A stretch of 64,000 nucleotides of DNA, from assembly GCA_051294375.1 (NCBI GenBank), contig CM119267.1, positions 20,771,476 to 20,835,475 on the forward strand. Reading direction: 5' to 3'. This DNA comes from Paraspadella gotoi. Taxonomy: Eukaryota; Animalia; Chaetognatha. Below are positions 1-11,504 of this stretch, in pieces. Each line of letters opens with the position of its first letter. The first letter of the stretch is position 1. The translations under genes and the position numbers were made by a program. The notes under the pieces were generated by a model. It searched no databases. It had not been told where the DNA came from and worked only from the letters and a program-made list of their open reading frames with translations.

Positions 1-196
1 AACATTCTTTGAAAAATTATACCACTTCATTGATAGGAAAGCCAGGTCCTCTGGGAGTAAATAATCGAGACCGTAAGGGTCTTGATTGAGAGCTAGGTCA
101 TTATCTAAGAGTGTAAGAGTGATGAAGGCCTTAAGGCTTAAACCACCATAGCCTCACCAGTTTATTAAATGAATGGATACTTTTATATTGGTTTTA
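1..196. repeat. Dispersed repeat copy 1 (related to 12537-12739)
   Basis: Shares collinear blocks with 12537-12739: ttcattgatagg-agccaggt-ctctggg and tttattaaat-aatggata...ttttatattggtttta. Family unknown. Confidence 0.7.
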
Positions 197-1129
197 CCAA
201 TTTCAAAATCTTAATTCTATCTTCTTTTTAATCTGTCATAACCGATTGCTCGTGGTCAACTTTGGACAGTATCTTGGCATTTTTAACCCCTAAGCTTCAT
301 CACCACCATCATCCTCTTTAACCCCTCAACCCCGTCACCCTCGATGGCGCCTTTACATCTCCACCTTCGCCGGCGCCATATTTCTCCTCAAAAGGCGCCT
401 CGAATCCGGCGCTAATTGGACGGAAGGATAGGCGCCGGCGCCGACGTTGAGTGGGCGATGACTGAATTTCGATATCTTTCTAAAAGTTAGGGGGGTGTTG
501 GTATTAATCTCCGGAGCACTCTCGACAGGATAACTGTTCCAATTAATTCAAATTTTGTAGAAAAATTAGTCTTCATACATTCCAAAACTTAACATCAGTC
601 GGAATAGTTTTTCAGTTGTTTTCTTTCCACGTTCTTTTTGGTCCCGGTTCTTGGCGCAATATCGCAGCTATCTATTATATAACTTATATTTATTTTATTA
701 CTGAACTCAGTACATAACACTTTTACTCTCTCTTTCTGTCTTCATTGTCCACTGGACAAAGCCGAGAGGCCAGAGATTACTCCGGGGCCCCTAAGATAAA
801 AATCAAAAAAGGCCAAAGCGAAATTTAACAACCAAATCTAAACAACAACAATCACACTTCGGACAATCAATTGCAGTCTGAGACCTAAGAATCGAAATTT
901 CTGAAAGAAAAGAAATTCTGATCCAAAAAAGGAGATTCACCCTCTGAAACCTAAATCGAATTAGATTATTCCGAGAAGCGCTATACGTTGCTCTCTCTTT
1001 AATATTCTTTAATATCTTTTAATATCGGATCAAAGATGGCGGAATGGGAGTGAGAGAAAAAAAAAGTGTTAAAAAAATGATGGATAAAAAAGAAAAGAAA
1101 AATGGAGGAAGTTTCTCATCCTGGAGGTC

Positions 1130-1187
<58 letters not shown>

Positions 1188-2017
1188 TCGAGCTTTTTAA
1201 AAGCTTTCCCCCTGGGACCTGTGGATATGTAGACAGGGGAAAGGGAAAGCGGAGAACGATGGAGAGCGTCGACGCTTTTAAAAAAAAAATTACGGACAGA
1301 CCGAAAGACTGACAGAGGGGGGCTCGGGCAATAGGAGAGGCGCTAAAAACCTAAACGTAGTGTCAAAATATAATGAGGTAAAAAAAAAAGGATGGATGAA
1401 TGTTATTAATTAGATTTTCGTTTGAAATAAAGATTGACACTTGAAACGAAATGTCAGATTTTTGGAGCGGATATAATAGGAGAGAAAAAGAAAGAGGGAA
1501 AAAGAAAGGAATACGAGATGAGAGGAAGGAAAGAATTGAAAAGAGATAAAGAAGAAGAGAAAATCCGAGGCATCGAAATGGATTTGCGGGGGAATATCTC
1601 GGGGAGGGAAAAAAGGAGGGGAAAAAAAATTAGAAAAGGCAGAACGAAATGATATCGAAACGATACGGTTTTTTTTTTAAAGATGAAATAAGCTAAAAAC
1701 GGGGCTCTCTTTTCCCAGAGCGCCCAATTTCGGTTTTTTTTTTCGTGCCTTTTTTAATCTTAACCATAATATTTAGCTTAAAAATCTAACCATAGTCCCT
1801 TACCATTCACCACTGGTGAATCTCACCACTCAACCACGTAACCGTTTACCTACTGTTGAGCGTTACAAACGCTAATTCTGTAATTATTTGTTATTGTTGT
1901 TATTGTTATATTTCCTTGGTTATGATTTTTACTTTATTTGTTTGCCATGGTTTTTGAACCATTACATGTAAATATTTGATCGCGAAAACGTCTTCTTATT
2001 TTTTGCCTAAAATAATC

Positions 2018-2290
2018 ATTTGAGAGTCGCCAAAAATTGGTGATAACGTAAGATTTAAAACGCCACCTTCTCAAAAAATTTGAGAGTCGCCACAAGGGCC
2101 CTGTATCTCTTGTCAGGGGTTAAATATCAAAATAGGTCTCAATAGTTCCATTTGTATTCACATAGGGATCGTTCGTACCAAATTTCAATGAATTTGATCT
2201 CGTAGTTTTCTCGGAACGCGTTCTGGTCACAAAAAACGGGTAAGTACCTCATTTTATAATATGAAGCCTTCTTGACGGTTGATAACCGTC
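2018..2290. mobile_element. Possible non-autonomous DNA/rolling-circle transposon fragment
   Basis: Direct repeat atttgagagtcgcca at about 2018 and 2078; ccaaatttca...ttttataatat tail resembling invertebrate Helentron-type interspersed repeats; perfect hairpin gacggtt-gat-aaccgtc at 2274-2290. Family assignment is inference. Confidence 0.3.
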
Positions 2291-3343
2291 GGTTATGATT
2301 AACTCTTGGCTTCATTTAGCTATCGAAATTTTAATCAATATTATTCTTTTAACGAGAAAAATGAAAGAAGGAAAACGAAAGAAGTCTTCTCGCTTTTCAT
2401 TATTTCCCAAAAATATATGTAGATTTGGATCCCGGTTTCACGTGGCATCGTTCGCCACATATATTAAACACACCCACGCAACTCCAAAGTGAAAGTTCCT
2501 CCACCGCTACCAAAAAAAAAAAAAAAAAAACCGATAAAAAATCGGAAGGAGCAAAAAAAAAAAGATAAAATGTAAACGAGCGCCGATAATCCGTTTGGCA
2601 AAAACCCTGATTAACTGCTGATATCCTTATTATGGCAATCGTTAATTAGGCGGAGGGAAAAAAAAGAGAGAGTGAACTTTCCGGCGCCTAGAGTTTTTTT
2701 TTTTTGGGGGGGGGTTTAATACGAAATTGGGTCGGATGGACTCTCGTGGCCGGGAAAAGAAAATGGGAGCGGGCCGGAATCGGGAGACTGGCCGGAAAAG
2801 AGTGCGAGTTGAAAGTTCGGGAGAGAGGGAAGCCGAGAGAGGCGGTCCGGAAAGAGAAGTGCCGGAAAGAAAACGAATGGGTGAAAAGGAAAAACAAATT
2901 AAATGCTATTAAAATTTACGTGAAATGTTACCTGGAGTCAAAATAAAGTGAAATAATAATTAACAGCGAATTGACTTTAAAGAATTGCCCCTAGCAAGAC
3001 CAAGACCGAAAGGTTACACCACCTTTCGGGCTGTCTCTGGGTACTGTCATTAGAGTTATCTGAATTTCTACTTTTTTTGAATTTAAGAGGTGATTTTTAA
3101 AAAAATCGAATTAATTAAGTTTGTTTTAATCTAATTTGGGCGTCGACAAAAACAAAAAAAGTCGGAACTATAAGAACTTCTTAAACTTACTAAGTAAATC
3201 TTTCTATCAAATACTTTTAAGAGCTTATTATTTCACGCCAATATTGAACTTTTTCGGTGAGATGAATTTTCGGGGATACTCGCAGGCACTTTGTATTTTA
3301 TCTCGCATTGCCCAATGCCCATGCTTCCTTCTCCCACCTAACC

Positions 3344-3480
3344 CGGGGGCGCATTGAGTAGAAACATTACCACCTGACCACCAGGTACCGGGTTCAATCC
3401 CAACCCGCAGCAACCGTGAGGACGGACCTAAAAAACTACCATGCCTGATTCCAAGCCCAAGCCCCGTTCCTTTGCTTCTC
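3344..3480 (+). mobile_element. tRNA-derived SINE-like element
   Basis: A-box-like ggcgcattgagtaga (about 3349) and B-box gggttcaatccc (about 3390) at tRNA-like spacing, followed by a non-tRNA body; no convincing cloverleaf. Confidence 0.5.
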
Positions 3481-3586
3481 GACATTAGAAAGAGTTTCAT
3501 AATGCTAGTCTGTCTAATGGATACCGAGGGAAAATAGTAGATAAAATTATTTTAATTTCGTTCTTCTAATTCATAAGTTCATACCA

Positions 3587-4484
3587 TTTTTAGTCGGATC
3601 TGATTACAGCAGATCCCAACTCTATAATTCACTTTGTCGGTCCGTCGGTCCGCCCCCTCAATCTTGTTCGGCATTCACTTATATCATGTCAGAACATTGA
3701 ATTATGATAAATTATGAAAAAAAAAATAATGTCCGTCCGTCTGTCCGTCCCACCTTAGCAAAAAAGTCAAATTACTCGTGATTGGATGGATGGATTGAAA
3801 TAAAAATTTGTGTGTGGGTAAGGAAGTGTGTGATTGTGCTGGATATGAAGTTTCGATGGAATCGTGCGTGTGGAAATGAGTTTAAATGGAAAAAACAAAA
3901 AAATCTATTTAACTTTTTAAACGCCAATTACTCACAAGTGGATGGGGCGATTGAATTTGTATGTGGGTAGAAAAGTGTGTGATTAAGCTGGAAATCAAGT
4001 TTCGATGGAATCGTCTGAGTGGAAATGAGTTTAAATGCAAAAAAACAAAAACCTGTTTCACTAATTGATTAATGATTATGCTTCATTTTCTTTTTATAAT
4101 TAATGTAAATGCAAGATCTATTAATTAATCAAATAATTAATCAGTTAGTCAATTAATTAATCAATAATTAATTAATCAGTAAATCAATCAATCAATCAAT
4201 TTATTTATCTATTAATTAATTATTCAATCTATCAATCAATTTATTTATCAATTAATTAATTTTTTTTTAAAAACCCAATCAATCAATCAATCAACCAATA
4301 AAGTCTATCGTTATCGGCATTATTGTCGTCGTCGCCATCATCGTCGTCGTTGCTTTTGTGACTAAAAACAAACATTTCGGATCAAATTAATTAATTTATT
4401 AATTGCCTGAATAATTAAACGTTAAATTAATTAAATAATTACAGCTAATGATCGGGGGAAGATCCGACATTGCTCAAACTCGTT
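3587..4484 (+). mobile_element. Helentron-associated non-autonomous element (HINE/DINE-1-like)
   Basis: T-run, then agtcggatct (3592-3601) pairing imperfectly with agatcccaact (3611-3621); (GTCC)n-type microsatellite; internal tandem duplication of about 155 bp; distal agatccgac (4460-4468) is the exact reverse complement of gtcggatct; ends at ctcgtt. Confidence 0.55.
3773..4055. repeat. Two diverged tandem copies of an about 155-bp unit
   Basis: aagtttcgatggaatcgt and gtggaaatgagtttaaatg each occur twice, about 150-155 bp apart. Confidence 0.8.
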
Positions 4485-4528
4485 ATTTAAAGTACATCAA
4501 GTCGAAAGATAAACTCTATTTTCTTATC

Positions 4529-4719
4529 TTACATTTGGCCCCATGGAAAATACTTATAAACTTCCCCCTCTTCGACTTCTTTGTCCGTCCAGGTCCCGTT
4601 GGGTTTATTATTGAATACGGCAAATGCCTTGTTGACAAACCAGTACGCATCCCCGTAGGTTGAGCTGATCACGGAAAAGGCGTCGCAAGGCACGTAGAAT
4701 ATATACCCGTGCATTTCAC
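4529..4719 (-). CDS. FKTN: Fukutin-like protein, exon 4 (terminal)
   Basis: ttag acceptor, phase 1. Encodes GEMHGYIFYVPCDAFSVISSTYG...NKPNGTW...PWGQM*, matching the fukutin C-terminus (VPCETLEYIEANYG...PNGIW). Family call; orthology untested. Confidence 0.88.
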
Positions 4720-4867
4720 CTAAGATTAAGCAATTTATCAAATTTAAAGTTTAAATTAAACACGACATAAATTTATATTTAACTTTTATTTTTCGCAAAA
4801 GTTTCTATATCGAAATTTATTCAAATTTCAAATTAAGTTACTCTTCCGATTGATTGATTTTTCTGAC

Positions 4868-5160
4868 CCGTGCAAATCCTCTCAACCGCTGGCATAATTG
4901 TCGTTATTTTTGTGTGTTTTTCATCCGAGATTTGAAAACCGGTCCATGACTGGTTTCCCTTCCGGTAAAGCCAAAAAAGGTCGATCTGAGGTCCCTTCGT
5001 CGTGCCCAACTGAAACTCTAGACTATCGTGCGGTAGGCCCAGCTTGGAGCGGATCTGTAGGACTGGGTGATTTCTGAAGTAGTCGAACATCCAGGGCTCA
5101 AACTCCTCGATAAACTGCGCCGAGTCAACATCTCGATCGTGCGGGATGATGGAGCACTGC
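4868..5160 (-). CDS. FKTN: Fukutin-like protein, exon 3 (catalytic LicD region)
   Basis: ttag acceptor, gtcaga donor, 293 nt, phase 2 to 1. Encodes RQCSIIPHDRDVD...DSLEF...IDLFWLY, matching fukutin RQCNIIPYSKDVD...DSLEL...LDVFFFY; DxD motif intact. Confidence 0.92.
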
Positions 5161-5792
5161 CTAATAGGGCGGAACAAGATAAAAATAATATGTAATATAA
5201 ATAATATAAATTAATGATTATATAAATAATAATAATAATAAATAATATCCCAGAGGGATATCGAAATGAAAAAAAGTTTAAGATTTTATGTATAGTTAAA
5301 AGCATTTATAGTTTATTGTATTACTATAAATCTAAAAAAAATTATTTCAAATTCTGAATGTTTAAAAATGGATTCTAGTAGAGCTTAAAAAAATAAATAA
5401 CAAATTTTATTACAAGATTTCATAATTTTCATGTTTTATGGGTTAAATTTATCAAAAACTATAAAAATTACAGTATGATGATGATGATGATGATTTTTAA
5501 GGGTTTTCCCTTATTTGACCCACTTATCATTGAAATATTGAAAAACGCATTATACTTTGTGCAGACAACTTTTTATGGGCTTAATCTGTTCTTAAAAAAT
5601 AACATTTTTACGATATAAAAATATATTAAGTCCTTAGTCCTAATTAAGTACATGATTGACAAATAAAACTCCTAATCGGCTAATGATAAAAAGCGATAGA
5701 TTTTGGCCCGCCATACAGCCCACGTACCATCAGGAATATAGCACGATATGCTTATAAAGTTCTTATGTTATTATGCTGCTGCAGCTCTTTAC

Positions 5793-5865
5793 CTAAACCA
5801 TCCGAGCAGAGTACCGTAAAAGATAAAATTTCGCTTGCGCCACTGGGCCATTGTTTTGCGGAGAG
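5793..5865 (-). CDS. FKTN: Fukutin-like protein, exon 2 (73 nt, absent from ORF track)
   Basis: cag acceptor, gtaaag donor, phase 1 to 2. Encodes (A)LRKTMAQWRKRNFIFYGTLLGWF(R), the GTxLGWxR motif of LicD/fukutin; phases match both neighbouring exons. Confidence 0.9.
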
Positions 5866-6016
5866 CTGCGCCGTGAAAAAGAGAGTGGTGAATTCCTTTA
5901 TCTTCACGTCAAAACTATCTACTCTCAAATACGCTCGGATAATTAATTCTCAACAAATACATCTAAATTCTAATAATAGATTTTCGCAAAAGAACTGAAA
6001 AAAATGATTTACCCAC

Positions 6017-6725
6017 CGACGATAAGCCCCATGGATCTCTGAATTCGCTTCGCGTCCTTCTTCCAGTTCAGCGTCACCGGCTCGTCGACGCTCCTCGCGA
6101 ACTCCGCCTGCCTCTCCAAGTCGCAGGGTATGAATTCCGCCGCTTCGAGTTCCCACTCGAAATGAGAAACGTTAGCCGGAGTGTGGAACGTTCCATCGAA
6201 GCCCTCGACGGCGATGGGGCGCGTCTTGAAGGAAGGAAAGGCCATGGGGACGCCTTTGTGCGACCAGGGCATCCAGAAGTAACCTCCGTTTCTGTTGCGA
6301 CGTTCGTAAATGACGGAGACGTTGATCGGATTTCCCGCGAAATCGTCGACGACGAAACCAATAAGATATTTCGACGCCGACGCCGACGTCGTCCCCTTTC
6401 CTTTCCGTTTTCGCTTCTCCACGCCCCACATCTTGTGCGTCCGAAGCGGCGACTCGCCCCGGAGCGCCAAGTCCCTTTCGTCGAGCATGTTCTCTAAAAT
6501 CCTGACTTGGTCCCCGAAAATGGCCAAGTGGTTCCATTCGAGCGGACGGCCCCGATTCGACTCCCGCGAGAGATCCGGGCTGATCAAAAGAAGCTTGACC
6601 TTCTCGTTGGCGCAGCGACGGAATAAACTCTCCAGCGCCGGACGAGAGCGGCGATAAAATCTGACCGTTGCTATGCAGAATATTACGACGACGACCACGA
6701 TGGAGTTTCGGGTTTTTAACTTCAT
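6017..6725 (-). CDS. FKTN: Fukutin-like protein, exon 1 (type II signal anchor and stem)
   Basis: ATG at 6725; MKLKTRNSIVVVVVIFCIATVRF signal anchor; PANVSHF...AEFIPC resembles fukutin PKDPMHF...SRFIEC; gtgggt donor after 6017, phase 1. Spliced CDS is 709+73+293+191=1266 nt, 421 aa. Confidence 0.85.
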
Positions 6726-7656
6726 GAGTATTTTCACTCTTTCCCAGGTGCAATACTTTCTACGCCCTTGATTGTTTTTTACGATTGTTGGGATTTTGTT
6801 TTTCTTTTTTTTTTTTTGCTTGGGTTTAGTTCTCTTTTGTTGATTCGGTTTTCAATGCGTTTGAGAAAATTTTGTAATGTTTTAAACTACGATTTTTTTA
6901 AAAAAAAGGTACATGACCAAAAAAAAAACAAAAAAACAAAACTAAAAAAGAAAATCTGAACTGTAAAATATATATTTAGGGTATCGACTGAGTTTACCTA
7001 CAATTTATTTTATCTAATAGATAAAAATAATTATCAGAAGAGGTCAAAGGTACTGTATTTTTAATAAATTTTAACTATTATTAAACTAAAAAGTTAAGAG
7101 ACAATAGAGTTTTACTATATTAGACTTTAAAATTTTTATTATAATATAAAAATAAAAGTAAAAAATTAATTTATTTCATTATATATTAGATTTAATTATA
7201 TTCTTAATATAATGTCAAGATAGAGGCTCACCCTATCACCAGAACCTTTCTCTCCCCGGGCCTTCTCTTCCCTCTCTCAACGCCTCCTCCTCCTCCTCCT
7301 CCCATCGTCGTCCCCTCCTCTTCATCCCCGGAGTCACGGATAGAGTCTTGGAGATCGGTATTACAACTTCTCCTATCGGTCTCGGGATCTGCAAACCTTC
7401 CCTCTCCCTTCTCTCCCTTTTATGTACAGTAAATACAGAAAAAATGAAAATACGTATTATTTCAAAGAAGAAAAGGATTTTTGTCGTTCTTTCTTTGAGG
7501 TTCTGAGACGTAAGCATTTTTAGCGCAAAAGGTCGACCAACGAGTTCTTCGCGATTAAATCAGTGAATAAACATTAAACAACTGACGGTTTCCACTTTGT
7601 TCAGAGAGCCAATCCTGTATCCCAAAATCTTTCTCAAAAGTCGTTGTCTTTTTTAC

Positions 7657-7783
7657 TCGTCGTCGTCATCATCATCATCATCATCATCGTCATCATCGTC
7701 GTCATCATCATCGTCGTCTTCGTCATCATCGTCGTCATCATCATCATCATCATCATCATCATCGTCTTCGTCGTCGTCGTCCT
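7657..7783. repeat. (TCA/TCG)n trinucleotide microsatellite
   Basis: Read directly; produces the spurious poly-Ser ORF at 7597-8199. Confidence 0.9.
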
Positions 7784-7938
7784 CAGCAACGGCCATTTGT
7801 CGCCTACAAGTTTCGCAGTCGGAAAAGTTTTGCCTCGATGAATATTTGATGTTTGGCCGTCATCAAAGCTTTGGTCGCAGAATGAGGGACATGGGGAAAG
7901 GGAAGGTAAAGACTAAAAGAGATGGTGAAAAAGTGTGC

Positions 7939-8029
<91 letters not shown>

Positions 8030-8157
8030 CTTTTCAAAGAATCACTTCTAGACTACAAACGAACTCGGCAAACATATCGCGAACAAATAAAATCATTATT
8101 CACTACGTGAACTTTTTTTCATTCTGTCTGAAAGGCGAGGAAGTGAAAAAAACTTAT

Positions 8158-9186
8158 GTATGGTTTTTAATTTGTATGTGTTTTATAATGACTTCTTAGA
8201 TATCCATTTTGTGAAAAGCACATTTGACAAATTTTACATTTGTATGGTTTTTCTTTTGTATGAGTTCTATAATGTTTTTTTTAGATTGTGAGACTGTGAA
8301 TAGCACTTTTCACATAAATCACACTTAAACGGTTTTTCTTTTGTATGAGTTCTATAATGAAGATCGAGTTGTCCAGATCGTGTGAAGCATTTTTTTACAT
8401 TTCTCACATTCAAATGATTTTTCATTTGTATGACTAAGTTCATGTACTTTTAACTCACTCCTACGTGAAAAGTGGTTTTTCTTTTGAATGAGTTTGATGG
8501 TGCGCCTTAAGAGAGCCAGTATGGGCAAAACACATCTGACAGATCTCACATTTGTATGATTTTTCTTTTGTATGAGTTCTGTAATGTTTTCGCAATGAAG
8601 TTTTGCTTGAAAAGCACTTTTGACAAGTTTCACATTTCTGGGGTTTCTCTTTTGTATGCATTTTATAGTGAGTATTTAGATTGTTACTTTCTTTAAAACC
8701 TTTATCACACAATTTACATTGATACAATTTTTCTTTGGTGTGAACTACTTGATGACTTTTAAGGTTCCATTTAATTGAAAATGACTTTTGACAAATATCA
8801 CATTTGTAAGGCTTTTCATTTGTATGAGTTCTATAGTGAAGGTGGAGGTTTCTTGAATTTTTTAAACCCTTTTGACAAATTTCGCATTTGAATTTTTTTT
8901 CCTCCAAGTGAGTTGATAAATGTGTATTTAATGAGCTTTTATAAGTGAAACACTTTAGACAAACTTCACATTTATAGTCATTCACATTCGTATGAATTTG
9001 TCGATGCTTCTTCAGATAACTCTTTTGTGAAAAAAGCCTCTGACAGATGTCGCATTGGTGAGGTTTTTCTTCTGAATGAGTTGGTAAATGTAATTTAAGA
9101 TTTCCTTTCTGAGAAAAGCTTTTTTGACATGTTACGCATTTATATGGTTTTTCTTTTGTATGAGTTCGATGGTGTTTTTTGTACAT
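8158..9186 (-). pseudogene. Disabled Kruppel-type C2H2 zinc-finger array (11 complete and 2 partial fingers)
   Basis: Repeated CxxC-x12-HxxxH with HTKEKPY-type linkers. Open from 9186 to 8461 (8 fingers); then a finger lacking its CxxC half with a frameshift (about 8475), +1 shifts in A-runs at about 8391 and 8277, and TAA (8169-8167) at the linker Glu position (HTN*KPY). The frame begins mid-finger. Confidence 0.8.
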
Positions 9187-9265
9187 AATCTTTGCGGGTT
9201 GCCCTTGGTTTAAATTGTTTTTGGCTGTTTATAAGTCATAACAAGAATTACTGTCCGTCTGCACA

Positions 9266-9299
<34 letters not shown>

Positions 9300-9934
9300 N
9301 NNNNNNNNNNNNNNNNNNNNNNNNNNNNNNNNNNNNNNNNNNNNNNNNNNNNNNNNNNNNNNNNNNNNNNNNNNNNNNNNNNNNNNNNNNNNNNNNNNNN
9401 NNNNNNNNNNNNNNNNNNNNNNNNNNNNNNNNNNNNNNNNNNNNNNNNNNNNNNNNNNNNNNNNNNNNNNNNNNNNNNNNNNNNNNNNNNNNNNNNNNNN
9501 NNNNNNNNNNNNNNNNNNNNNNNNNNNNNNNNNNNNNNNNNNNNNNNNNNNNNNNNNNNNNNNNNNNNNNNNNNNNNNNNNNNNNNNNNNNNNNNNNNNN
9601 NNNNNNNNNNNNNNNNNNNNNNNNNNNNNNNNNNNNNNNNNNNNNNNNNNNNNNNNNNNNNNNNNNNNNNNNNNNNNNNNNNNNNNNNNNNNNNNNNNNN
9701 NNNNNNNNNNNNNNNNNNNNNNNNNNNNNNNNNNNNNNNNNNNNNNNNNNNNNNNNNNAAAGGAGATTTCTCGTAAAAGGTAAACTAAGTTGTCTGGGGA
9801 AATATTGACCTGACGAAGGACACAAAATCTTTTCAGATTTAAAAAAAAATTTCAAGCCGAATAATAAATAAGAAAATCGACTAGAACAAATTTACCTTAA
9901 ATATTTCATAAAGTTTGATTACGCCTTTCTCAAC

Positions 9935-10068
9935 GTAGGTTGTCAAGGTGGCGACTCTGTTTGAGCCTCCACACGTGGGTAAGGAGGTCCCTGGTTCAAA
10001 TCAATAGATAGACCGACCGACCGACACCAAAATAGGTACGCGAGTACTTGCCGCGCAACTAAAAAAAA
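9935..10068. mobile_element. SINE-like B-box fragment next to a reverse-oriented HINE-like terminus
   Basis: ggttcaaatc B-box at about 9992, then (GACC)n and cgcg...cgcgcaactaaaaa, mirroring the architecture at 3587-3655. Confidence 0.4.
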
Positions 10069-11439
10069 TGGTTGTCTTTGAATTGGAATAGAGAAGGTGA
10101 AAAGAGAAAACGAAATAAATTATTGGGAAAAGGAAAAAGGATGATCTTTGGTCGCGACTAAAGTGCGTTTTTAACATTAATTTATTAAATTAGCTTGGGC
10201 AGTTTTTTTTTCGGAAACAGGCTAAGAAAATTGAACATTAACAAAAAGAAAATTATATTAGTTATATACCAGTGGGAAAAAAGTATATCACACCATTTTT
10301 AGTAGATGATTTCTACTCGAAAACTTGTTTGAATACATTGAATTTCCTTTCAGTAGCTAATTATTTTTTTTATTTAGTAAATCCATTTAAAAGTTACAGG
10401 GAAAAAGAAGATAGCTACTTTAAAGGAAAGTCATTCAGTCATAACAATACGTAATCATTGATGTATTAATGAGCTAATATACGAGAAATACAATTATAAT
10501 CATCAGTATCACAAAAAAATAAGTTTTTATTATATGTAACAATCTGTTTTTAAAATCATTTTTTTTAATGGCGTAAATAAACAAAATTGTTTAAGTTATA
10601 AGTGTGGTTTAGCACATTTTTTAAGATATGTTTTCAATCTGGTTTAAATTCTAGGTAAGAAGTTAAACACGCGGTGATGGGTTAGTTATAAAAGGGAGAA
10701 TTAAAACAATTAATTCTTCTGTTACTCTTGTTGGTTTCCAGTCATGACAAAAATCTTCGGTTAATAGGATGGTACAAGAAATTCGAGCTACATGAATCTA
10801 CACTGAATTTGAAGAGTTGCCAGCCTAAACGACTGCAATATATTATTAAATAAAATTTTGATTAGCAATTTTAAAAACATTTACTAAAAAATGTAAATAG
10901 AGAGACATTTTGATAAACGCGTTCCAGTTAGAAAGAATTCGGGGTTAAAGTTTAAAAACAGTTTAAATTTTCAAGGATACAAGTTTGAAATTTAAAAAAT
11001 GTTCTCTATTACATTTTTCTTAATTCTGGTAATAAAAAAATTATAAAAAATATCGAGATGGATTTGGGTCTTTCGTTGACTGCAACTCTTCAGATAGGTC
11101 TTCTTTTATTTTATATTATAATTAAATAACCTGATATTAAAATGGGTAGAAATGCATCAAATGTTTAAAGTGAATACATTTTCGGATCGCCAGGAGCTTC
11201 ACTTTCTGAATTTGTACTCCACTTTGGCCTATTTTGAAGTTGAAGTTGATATGACCCTTTTTCTTAAAATGGAAAATAGCGAAAAAATCATATTTATTTA
11301 TCATATTATCATATTATTTATTATTTTTGCGAAAAGGGAATAGACGCTGGAACAATAACAACAACAAAACGGAATAAAAACGAAAACCCAGGGCGCCCGG
11401 TGACCCGGCGACGAGACAAAATCATCAAGAGAGCGAAAG

Positions 11440-11504
<65 letters not shown>

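Noticed and set aside
3344-3415. Possible tRNA gene
   Set aside because: A and B boxes are present, but no consistent acceptor or anticodon stems were found; SINE-like instead.
6074-6753. Overlapping alternative-frame and antisense ORFs on fukutin-like exon 1
   Set aside because: Expected shadow ORFs of GC-rich coding DNA; only the 6725 frame splices to the catalytic exons.
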